From: an uncultured Bacteroidota bacterium
GTDB taxonomy: Bacteria; Bacteroidota; Bacteroidia; Bacteroidales; 4484-276
Assembly (NCBI GenBank): GCA_937950125.1
Contig: CALFEP010000039.1
Coordinates: 3,079 to 67,078, forward strand
DNA: 64,000 nt
Direction: 5' to 3'
Positions 29,929 through 37,886 of this stretch are shown here, in pieces (the first letter of the stretch is position 1; every line of letters starts with the position of its first letter). Under the pieces are notes generated by a model. That model was not told the DNA's origin. It ran no database searches and was given only the letters and a program-made list of their open reading frames with translations. A program made the position numbers and the translations under genes.

Positions 29929-30888
29929 TTGAAAAAAGATATTCCAAACGAACAGAAATGGTTTCTGGTGGTGAATCCAAATGCCGGAAACAGGAAAATC
30001 CAGCGGGAATGGCCGGGCATCGAAAAACTGCTCAAAAATTATTTGCAGGATTATGATTTTGTGATGACGCAACGCCCCTTTCATGCGCTTGAGCTTGCTG
30101 CCAGGGCTTTGAATGAAGGTTACCGGAAATTCATTACGGTGGGCGGAGACGGAACATTGAACGAAGTTGTAAATGCCATTTTCGATCAGGATAAAATACC
30201 ATTTGATCAGTTTACCATTGGATTAATCCCCGTTGGAACAGGAAACGACTGGGGTAGGATGTTCAAAATTCCGAAAAGCCACAAAGAAGCCATCGAAACC
30301 ATTGTTGCCAACAGAACTTTTGTTCAAGACGTTGGACTGATCCGCTATTTCCAGGATCAAGAGCCAAAACACAGGTATTTTATCAACATTGCCGGAATGG
30401 GTTTTGACGCCATGGTGGCTCAAAAAACCAACCGGCAAAAAGAGCTGGGGAAAGGGAACTCGCTCTCGTATTTCTACAATCTTTTTACCAGCATTTTTGA
30501 GTACAAACCCCGCATTGTACAGGTCGATTTTGATGATGCTCAGTATCATTTCAACATCTTCAGCATGAGCGCAGGAATCTGCAAATTCAATGGCGGCGGG
30601 ATGATGCAGTTGCCAAATGCCATTCCTGACGATGGCCTGATTGACATAACGGTAATCAAAAAGGTGGGATTAGGCACGCTCCTCGCTCAGTTACGCAATC
30701 TTTATACCGGGCAGTTTATCAAACATCCAAAGGTGGCCACCTTTAGGGCTCAAAAGGTGAAAATAGAGTGCAAAAAAGGCCGTTTTATGATGGAAGCCGA
30801 CGGCGAAAGCCTGGGGCATGCCCCGTTTGAGGTCAGCCTGTTGCCGAAAGCCCTCAGGATTATTGTCGGTAAGGAGTATGGCTGGTAA
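29929..30888 (+). CDS. Diacylglycerol-kinase-family lipid kinase (YegS/BmrU-like)
   Basis: WFLVVNPNAGN and ITVGGDGTLNEV are present, along with GLIPVGTGNDW. The apparent start codon is TTG. Confidence 0.85.
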   Translation: MKKDIPNEQKWFLVVNPNAGNRKIQREWPGIEKLLKNYLQDYDFVMTQRPFHALELAARALNEGYRKFITVGGDGTLNEVVNAIFDQDKIPFDQFTIGLIPVGTGNDWGRMFKIPKSHKEAIETIVANRTFVQDVGLIRYFQDQEPKHRYFINIAGMGFDAMVAQKTNRQKELGKGNSLSYFYNLFTSIFEYKPRIVQVDFDDAQYHFNIFSMSAGICKFNGGGMMQLPNAIPDDGLIDITVIKKVGLGTLLAQLRNLYTGQFIKHPKVATFRAQKVKIECKKGRFMMEADGESLGHAPFEVSLLPKALRIIVGKEYGW

Positions 30889-30942
30889 AGAATTGCTTTT
30901 TCCAGGATTTTAGTAAAATGAGAAAATATTTGAATCAAACCA

Positions 30943-32760
30943 ATGAAAGCCAATCAGATTGATAGTAAAAATATTTCACCAGAGGTAGTTTACAACGATT
31001 TAAAAAATAAATACGGACTTGAATATACGGGTCTGTCGAAAAAAATTTCCAGGGTAAGTGCGCTTCGCATTTTCCTATTCCTGGCAGGCATTGCCGGGAT
31101 TTATGCCGCTGCCGGAGTTTCAGCCGGATTGGTGACTGCCGTTGCGTTGGTATTTTGTTGCTCTTTTGTTTTGGTGGTAATCTGGCACAACCAGCTTCAC
31201 AAACAAAAAGAAGAAACCGGTCGGCTTTTAAAAATCAATGAACTGGAAATGAAAGCCCTGAATGGTGACTTCTCACTATTTGATGGGGCGCACGAATTTT
31301 TCGACGCCGAACACCCCTTTGCCGGCGACCTTGATGTTTTTGGTGAAGGTTCAATTTTTCAATACATCAACAGGTCGGCTACCATTATTGGGAAAAACCT
31401 GCTTGCAAATTGGTTTTTACATCCTGAAATGCAAACCGGAATCATCAAAAGCAGGCAGAAAGCGGCAGATGATCTGGCATCAAAAAATGACTGGAGACAA
31501 AAATTTCGTTCAGTTGGACTGAGCATCAGCGAAAGCAAGGATGACAGGGAGGAAATTCTGTCGTGGCTTCAGCGCCCTGCAAAATTTAAAAAAACTATTT
31601 TCAGCATTTTACTCTTGACAATTCCAATTCTCTCGGTTTTGATGCTGACATTACTCATTCTGGGGATAATCCCTTACCAGCTTTTCATTATCTATTTTAT
31701 TGGCTCACTGGCAATTTCGTACAGCCAGGCTTCCAGAATTGGCGCTGAACATGAACTGTTGAACCGAAAGTCGGAAATATTCCTGAAATTCAGCCGCTTG
31801 TTGGGATTGATAAGTGCCGAAAGCTTTTCATCAGAAAAGATGAAGAATTTACAATTAAATCTTGAAGATAAACTTAAATCGGGGTCTGCTTTAAAAAAAT
31901 TATCAGCAATTCTTAATGCTTTCGACAGCCGGCTGAACATTTTTGGCTGGCTCATTCTGAATTATTTCATGCTATGGGACATTTTGCAGGCACGCCGGCT
32001 GGAAAAATGGAGAGAAGCCTATCGCGATATGGTTCCTGGTTGGTTTGAAACCATCGGCGAGGTGGATGCATTGTGCAGCCTGGCCTGCCTCAGATTCAAC
32101 CGACCGGGTTTTGCGTTTCCACAACCCGTTGAAGGGGGTTTCAATCTTGTTGCTGAACAATGCGGACATCCGCTCATCAACGAAAAAGTTCGTGTTGATA
32201 ATCCGGTAGATTTTAAAGATTGGGGTCAATTCATCATTGTTACCGGGGCCAACATGGCCGGAAAAAGTACTTACCTGCGTTCGGTAGCGGTTAATTTTAT
32301 TCTGGCCATGACTGGCGCCCCCGTCTGTGCAAAAAATTTCGTTTTCACACCTTCCGGGATTTTCACCAGCATCCGCACCCGCGACGACCTGCTTCACAAC
32401 GAATCCTATTTTTTTGCCGAGCTAAAACGCCTGAAAGCCATCATCACCAGCCTCGAAGAAGGTAAGCAGCTTTTTATAATTCTTGACGAAATACTCAAAG
32501 GAACCAATTCAAAAGACAAACAAACCGGTTCAAAAGCCTTGCTGAAACAACTGGTCAGGTTTGGCGCTTCCGGCCTCATTGCCACCCACGACCTGAGCCT
32601 CGGTGAATTGATTCTGGAATATCCCGAAAACATCCGCAACCAACGGTTTGAAGTTGAAATTCAGAACGATGAACTCCTTTTCGACTACAAACTCAAAGAC
32701 GGAATTTCGCAAAACCTGAATGCCACTTTCCTGATGAAGAAAATGGGGATAACGGTGTAA
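30943..32760 (+). CDS. MutS-related protein (membrane-anchored N-terminus, MutS domain V ATPase)
   Basis: Walker A TGANMAGKSTYLRS, then ILDEILKGTNSKD and ATHDL. N-terminal TM helices are present. Confidence 0.8.
   Translation: MKANQIDSKNISPEVVYNDLKNKYGLEYTGLSKKISRVSALRIFLFLAGIAGIYAAAGVSAGLVTAVALVFCCSFVLVVIWHNQLHKQKEETGRLLKINELEMKALNGDFSLFDGAHEFFDAEHPFAGDLDVFGEGSIFQYINRSATIIGKNLLANWFLHPEMQTGIIKSRQKAADDLASKNDWRQKFRSVGLSISESKDDREEILSWLQRPAKFKKTIFSILLLTIPILSVLMLTLLILGIIPYQLFIIYFIGSLAISYSQASRIGAEHELLNRKSEIFLKFSRLLGLISAESFSSEKMKNLQLNLEDKLKSGSALKKLSAILNAFDSRLNIFGWLILNYFMLWDILQARRLEKWREAYRDMVPGWFETIGEVDALCSLACLRFNRPGFAFPQPVEGGFNLVAEQCGHPLINEKVRVDNPVDFKDWGQFIIVTGANMAGKSTYLRSVAVNFILAMTGAPVCAKNFVFTPSGIFTSIRTRDDLLHNESYFFAELKRLKAIITSLEEGKQLFIILDEILKGTNSKDKQTGSKALLKQLVRFGASGLIATHDLSLGELILEYPENIRNQRFEVEIQNDELLFDYKLKDGISQNLNATFLMKKMGITV
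32644..32758. repeat. Left copy of the 115-bp perfect direct repeat (the genuine 3' end of the mutS-related CDS)
   Basis: Identical base for base to 34617-34731. The next base differs (TAA versus TGA stop). Confidence 0.95.
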
Positions 32761-32818
32761 AATTTTTCTGAAGGTAAAGTTCTATCTATTAAATTTGTGC
32801 TTTAAATCAAAATTGACA

Positions 32819-33730
32819 ATGCCGCAAAAATCTTCACAAAAACTTCAGCTTCAACCTTATCCAAGAGAAGGTACAAGTTTGCTGGCTTCCAATTCTTTAT
32901 TTCCTGTAAAAGGCACTTCTTTAAGCCAGATAATTATTGAAAAAGCCATCGACAACGCTTTTGAAAGGTGTCTGAAAAATAAAAAGGGTGATACAATTGT
33001 AAAGAAGGAATCTCCCGAATCACTCGTAAAATCAACATTAAAGCACCTGAAAGAGAGAAGTGATCCGATATTGAGTCCATATTTTCTAAGCCAGTTGGAG
33101 GTAGAAGACATTTTTGAACTTGATGCTGTAAGTTATGAAATGCAAAGACACCGAATGACAATTGGTATTTTTTACCAATACCTGATTCTTGAATTAATGA
33201 GGAACTCATGGCCTGTATTTGATGCTTCGCGTGAAGGAGATATTGTTGCTGATATTGAAACTCCGGGCTATTCACCAGGTTTGAGAATTTACATGTCTGT
33301 AAAAAAATCAAAGGATACTGTTGGTGGTCAGGATGTTGGTGGTGTAATCAGAAGGCTTGAAAGTGAGGCCAAAGCAGAAAAAAATCTCAATCGACCATAT
33401 CTTTGTGTGATAGGAATAGCAACACCCTCCAAAGGCAAACTACGTGGATACGATGACCGGACTATCAGAGCAACAAACACGGGTGGAACTTATTCGTTGA
33501 ATTGCGAATTTTGGGGACCTGGTTTTATTTTTCCTTACATTACAGGTAAAAATCCCCTCGAAATTTACACCAAAAGCATCAATCGTGTATCTGATTATCT
33601 GCCGTTTATGACGATTTCTTTTAAAAAGGAATGTTCTGTCCTACTAAAGCAGGAACTAAATAAATTAGGATTGATAACTTTGCAAAATCGAATTGATATT
33701 ACGAAATTTCTGAATTTTATTATCGAATAA
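32819..33730 (+). CDS. Unrecognised about 303-aa protein in the restriction-endonuclease position of the cassette
   Basis: An uninterrupted ORF ends 6 nt before the methyltransferase start. A possible nuclease-like pattern is EGDIVADIE...IYMSVKKSKD. I could not assign a family. Confidence 0.5.
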   Translation: MPQKSSQKLQLQPYPREGTSLLASNSLFPVKGTSLSQIIIEKAIDNAFERCLKNKKGDTIVKKESPESLVKSTLKHLKERSDPILSPYFLSQLEVEDIFELDAVSYEMQRHRMTIGIFYQYLILELMRNSWPVFDASREGDIVADIETPGYSPGLRIYMSVKKSKDTVGGQDVGGVIRRLESEAKAEKNLNRPYLCVIGIATPSKGKLRGYDDRTIRATNTGGTYSLNCEFWGPGFIFPYITGKNPLEIYTKSINRVSDYLPFMTISFKKECSVLLKQELNKLGLITLQNRIDITKFLNFIIE

Positions 33731-33736
33731 CCGAGA

Positions 33737-34624
33737 ATGGACATCATTAAGACCGGGATGAATAAATGCCAGATCATTTTTGGAGATAGCCGGGAAGTGT
33801 TGAAAAACTACATTTCTGCTGCCGATCTCATTGTCACTTCTCCACCTTACGCTGATGCCCGCAAAAAACATTATGATAGTATTGCCCCAACTGATTTTCC
33901 TGACTGGCTGCAAACATTTCACGAGCCTTTCTGGCATTGTTTGAAAGATGATGGAAGCCTTGTCATCAATATTAAAGATAAAATTGTTGATGGAGTCAGA
34001 CACCGTTATGTGTGGAAAGCCATTGAAAAATTAGCTGAAAACGGATGGTTTTGTATTGAGGATTACATCTGGCATAAGCCAAATCCAATGCCCGGTTTTT
34101 GGCCAACAAGATTACGAGATGGTTGGGAATATTGTTTTCATCTTGCAAAAACCAAAACACCATTTATCAATCAGCAAAACGTTGCCGTTCCTGTTGGTGA
34201 TTGGGTTAATAAACGCCTTCAAAAACTCGGTGAAAATGATCTGGCAAGACATAATTCAGTGAATGAAAGTGGATTTGGCAGAGATATTTCAAAATGGGTT
34301 GGAAAAGAAACAGTTTTACCTTCCAATGTTTTATCAATTCCTCTGGTAGGTAAAAACAAAGGCCATCCTGCTGTTTTCCCAGTAGAACTACCTGCCTTTT
34401 TTATAAAACTCCTTTCCCGTGAAAATCAACTCATCATTGACCCTTTTGCAGGAAGTGGTTCAACCGGGATTGCTGCGCTCCTTAATAACAGAAACTGTTT
34501 ACTTATTGATAACAATATGGAATACTGCCATTTAGCGCAGGAACGTCTTCATGCTGAAGCCGGTGGATTGTTTACTGAGGTTTCTGTCGAAAACTATATC
34601 CCTCCAATTCCAAAAGCGGTTTGA
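33737..34624 (+). CDS. Beta-class DNA amino-methyltransferase (N4-cytosine or N6-adenine; N6_N4_Mtase family)
   Basis: Motif IV LIVTSPPYAD precedes motif I IIDPFAGSGSTG, which is the beta permutation. HPAVFPVELP is also present. The stop codon at 34622-34624 lies inside the right repeat. Confidence 0.9.
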   Translation: MDIIKTGMNKCQIIFGDSREVLKNYISAADLIVTSPPYADARKKHYDSIAPTDFPDWLQTFHEPFWHCLKDDGSLVINIKDKIVDGVRHRYVWKAIEKLAENGWFCIEDYIWHKPNPMPGFWPTRLRDGWEYCFHLAKTKTPFINQQNVAVPVGDWVNKRLQKLGENDLARHNSVNESGFGRDISKWVGKETVLPSNVLSIPLVGKNKGHPAVFPVELPAFFIKLLSRENQLIIDPFAGSGSTGIAALLNNRNCLLIDNNMEYCHLAQERLHAEAGGLFTEVSVENYIPPIPKAV

Positions 34625-34731
34625 AGTTGAAATTCAGAACGATGAACTCCTTTTCGACTACAAACTCAAAGACGGAATTTCGCAAAACCTGAATGCCACT
34701 TTCCTGATGAAGAAAATGGGGATAACGGTGT
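34617..34731. repeat. Right copy of the 115-bp perfect direct repeat (orphan duplicate of the mutS-related 3' end)
   Basis: Identical to 32644-32758. It encodes ...FEVEIQNDELLFDYKLKDGISQNLNATFLMKKMGITV with no upstream gene body. Confidence 0.95.
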
Positions 34732-34749
34732 GAATCAAGCACAATATCG

Positions 34750-35271
34750 ATGAAAAATGATCCGAAAAGAAAATTCAGATTCCGCAAATCCAACATCTCA
34801 AAACAATGGTAATAAAGATGTTTCAGATGGTTTAATGGGTAGAGATTTACAAAGAAGTAGTATTTTTGAAAAAATTTTGTTTCATGAAATCAAAAAAATC
34901 TTTCAGGACGATGACCTTTCAGGAACTGGCGGAGGCGGGCAGAAAGATCTTATCAGAACAATCGCCTGTGAGCTTAGAAAAAGCAAGAGAGCAAGTGAAA
35001 AGGCTCAAGAAACAAAGTCAGTTAAAGCACAAGAAGGTGCAATCCTGAAACAATTTGCCACTGAAAATAATCTTTGAATGAAATACAAGACCTACTATCC
35101 CAAAATGGCTTTAAAAATGTTAGAAATCAAGATTTTGTCCATGAGGGGCTCGGTTTAATTTTAGAAGACCTTCATGATGAAAATGTTTTTAAACAGGAAG
35201 GAATCTACTTTTTTATTGATACTGTAATTTTTTTAAAAAACAAGCGCCTTTTTACCGATTCACCCCGATAA
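34750..35271 (+). pseudogene. Possible degraded gene: coding-like fragments in three frames, the last with a kinase-like DLHxxN...ID motif
   Basis: Three ORFs occupy three different frames: 34757-35077, 34866-35048 and 35074-35271. The last reads ILEDLHDENVFKQEGIYFFIDTV and has only a TTG start. Confidence 0.3.
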
Positions 35272-35422
35272 ATTACAGGAACATTTCATTGCCCTTCCCA
35301 ATCGTACCTTTCCCTGATTCATCTCCACCTCTCACTCAACTGCCTCTGCCGCAAACTGTTTTGCTATTGCAAACCAAAAAAAATGAACTTACCTTGCCCC
35401 GATGTAAAACAGTCAGCGTACC

Positions 35423-37873
35423 ATGAAAAAAGCTGGTTACTTTTTGCTTGTTTTCTTATTGTTAACATCCTTTTCTGCAATTGCCAGAAAAGTCACCGAG
35501 GAAGTAGCAGCAAATGCCGCCGGTCACTTTTTTTTCATGAAAACTGGTGAAATACAGGATTTTAGTTACCAAATATTTCATTTTCGCTCCGATTCACTCT
35601 TTTATATTTTCAATTGTAAAAAGGGGGGATTTGTAATTGTTGCAGCCGATGACCGGTTTTTTCCGATCCTTGCCTGGTCAGATGAGGGCAAATTTTCTGA
35701 AAATGACCTCCCGGATGCCTGCAAAATATGGATAAACTGGTACGAAAACCAGATAGCGGAAGGAATGGAAAAACAACAATTCTTCACCGATAAAAACAAA
35801 AAAGCCTGGGAGGAACTGTTGAAAAATGATTTTATTGAAAGTTCAATAAAATCTTCAAATGGAATTTCACCGCTTTTAACCTGTAAATGGCATCAAACCG
35901 GAAATTTCAACCAGTTTTGCCCCGAAGAACCTGCCGGGTATAATGGCCACGTTCCGGTTGGCTGCGTAGCTACAGCCATGAGCCAGGTAATGTATTATTA
36001 CCGTTTTCCTCCGGTTGGCAGCGGCATGGTTTCATACACTCCTCCTTACGGAAATGGTAAATATGGGGTTCAGATGGTGGATTTCGGGAATTCGGTGTAC
36101 GCCTGGAACGAAATGAACGACCTTTGCCCCGATCCAAACCCGGCTATTGCAAAATTGTGCTACCATGCCGGCGTAGCCCTGCACATGGATTATACCCCGG
36201 TTGGTTCAGGAGCCGACACCGAAGATGTGCCTTTTGCACTAAGCCACTATTTCAATTACTCCGATTCGGCGGTTTATTACTATCGTTTGGATTTTGAAAC
36301 CTACAACGAATGGAAAGACCTGCTGGTTAACAGCCTTGAAAAAAAACTTCCGGTTATTTACCGTAGCAGCAACGGCTTATCAGGCCACGCCTATGTTTGC
36401 GATGGTTATCAGGATTCAACACATTTTCATTTTAACTGGGGCTGGGGCGGCAACTGCGATGGATACTATTTTATTGATGAACTGATTCCCGGCGGGATTA
36501 ACCTCTCGTGGGCGCAAGGGGCGGTTTTCAATATTTTTCCGGATACCGTGGAATTTATCTACCCCGAATATTGTTCAGGAACCAACACGCTTACAACCAG
36601 TTACGGAAGTTTTGAGGACGGTAGCGGACCTATGAATTATTTGCCAAATGTCTGCTGTTCCTGGCTAATTCAACCCGCCGATCCTGCCATCACCAATGTG
36701 TTTGTCCAGTTTTCGGGGTTTAAAACCGAAAGCAGCCAGGATGTATTGAAAATTTATGACGGAAATTCAGAAAACGCTATGCTTATAGGGATTTTTAGTG
36801 GTGAAAATATTCCACAGCCTGTTTACAGTTCGGGCAACGCGTTATTTCTGGTTTTTGAAACCGGCGATTCGGTGGAAAATGAAGGCTGGCACCTGAATTT
36901 CACGGGTTACACATTGCCGTTTTGTGATGAAATTCATCAGTTTACAGCGCCTTCGGGTACCCTTGAGGACGGCAGCCGCTACCTGCATTATTCACCTGGC
37001 ACCGATTGCAACTGGCTGATCGATCCTGAAATTCCTGATTACGATTCGATCAGAAATTTTATCATCGAGTTTCAAATGATGAAACTGGCTTCGGGCGACA
37101 CGCTGACTATTTTTGACGGCGACAGCCCGGAATCAAACTTACTGGGAAAATTTACCGGTTTTAATATTCCGGAATCCCTCCCGACAAGTTCCGACAAAGT
37201 ATTTATGAACTTTAAAACCGATGAAGCCTCTCAGGCCGATGGCTGGCAGCTGAACCTGGTTCCACAATCACCGGTTTATTGCAACGATACAATTGTTTTA
37301 AAAACTGAAAACGGAGTTCTGAGCGATGGCAGCGGGTCGAAAAAATACATCGAAAACTCGGATTGCTGCTGGCTGATAAAAACGCAAGATGTTGACAGTA
37401 TTCATTTTAATTTCATCGAATTAGACCTTGAATTAGACTACGATTATCTGAAGTTCACTTTCGTGGAAAATGGCGTTCACCAGACCATAAAATTTACCGG
37501 GAACCAGCTTCCTGCGCCGTTTACACTGTTTTCCGACAGTATTTTTATTCATTTTCACTCCGATTACCGCGACAATTATCAGGGATTTGGTTTTCAATAC
37601 ACTACATCTTCGCAGGCGGTTGATGAAAATGAGGAAGATGTAGTTGAAATTTACCCGAACCCGTTTTCAGAAAGGCTGAAAATCACCTTTAAAAGCAAAC
37701 AACAAACGATTTTTAGGTACGAAATCATCAATCTGAAAGGCCAGCCGGAGATTTCCGGCACTGTTTCAAATCCTGAAGAATTCGTCAACACAGATCACCT
37801 TTTAAAGGGAATCTATTTTTTTAAAATTTATTCGGCAAAAGCCATTTTCATAAAAAAAATAATCAAAGTTTAA
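35423..37873 (+). CDS. C10-family (streptopain-like) cysteine peptidase with three CUB-like repeats and a T9SS C-terminal sorting domain
   Basis: Signal peptide, an N-terminal inhibitor-like propeptide and the catalytic-Cys region VPVGCVATAMSQVMYYY. GHAYVCDGY supplies the His. The C-terminus reads EIYPNPFSERLKITF...GIYFFKI. Confidence 0.8.
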   Translation: MKKAGYFLLVFLLLTSFSAIARKVTEEVAANAAGHFFFMKTGEIQDFSYQIFHFRSDSLFYIFNCKKGGFVIVAADDRFFPILAWSDEGKFSENDLPDACKIWINWYENQIAEGMEKQQFFTDKNKKAWEELLKNDFIESSIKSSNGISPLLTCKWHQTGNFNQFCPEEPAGYNGHVPVGCVATAMSQVMYYYRFPPVGSGMVSYTPPYGNGKYGVQMVDFGNSVYAWNEMNDLCPDPNPAIAKLCYHAGVALHMDYTPVGSGADTEDVPFALSHYFNYSDSAVYYYRLDFETYNEWKDLLVNSLEKKLPVIYRSSNGLSGHAYVCDGYQDSTHFHFNWGWGGNCDGYYFIDELIPGGINLSWAQGAVFNIFPDTVEFIYPEYCSGTNTLTTSYGSFEDGSGPMNYLPNVCCSWLIQPADPAITNVFVQFSGFKTESSQDVLKIYDGNSENAMLIGIFSGENIPQPVYSSGNALFLVFETGDSVENEGWHLNFTGYTLPFCDEIHQFTAPSGTLEDGSRYLHYSPGTDCNWLIDPEIPDYDSIRNFIIEFQMMKLASGDTLTIFDGDSPESNLLGKFTGFNIPESLPTSSDKVFMNFKTDEASQADGWQLNLVPQSPVYCNDTIVLKTENGVLSDGSGSKKYIENSDCCWLIKTQDVDSIHFNFIELDLELDYDYLKFTFVENGVHQTIKFTGNQLPAPFTLFSDSIFIHFHSDYRDNYQGFGFQYTTSSQAVDENEEDVVEIYPNPFSERLKITFKSKQQTIFRYEIINLKGQPEISGTVSNPEEFVNTDHLLKGIYFFKIYSAKAIFIKKIIKV

Positions 37874-37886
37874 ACGACATAAAGCT

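Larger units (their letters stand above)
32759..34731 (+). mobile_element. Inserted R-M-like gene cassette unit (1858-bp insert plus one repeat copy), with no recombinase
   Basis: Bounded by 115-bp direct repeats. It carries only the two cassette genes. A 60-nt hand sample has 23/60 G+C (32821-32880) against 32/60 in the flanking mutS-like sequence (32581-32640). Confidence 0.6.

Noticed and set aside
32759-34616. A transposase, integrase or terminal inverted repeats that would make the R-M insert a conventional IS or transposon.
   Set aside because: Neither cassette protein has DDE, serine- or tyrosine-recombinase motifs, and I saw no terminal inverted repeats. The boundaries are long direct repeats of host sequence, so it is reported as a recombinase-free insertion instead.
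34551-34733. A 60-aa ORF ending in the MutS-like C-terminal sequence.
   Set aside because: It is the orphan right copy of the 115-bp direct repeat read in frame. The upstream part overlaps the methyltransferase CDS in another frame. It is not an independent gene.
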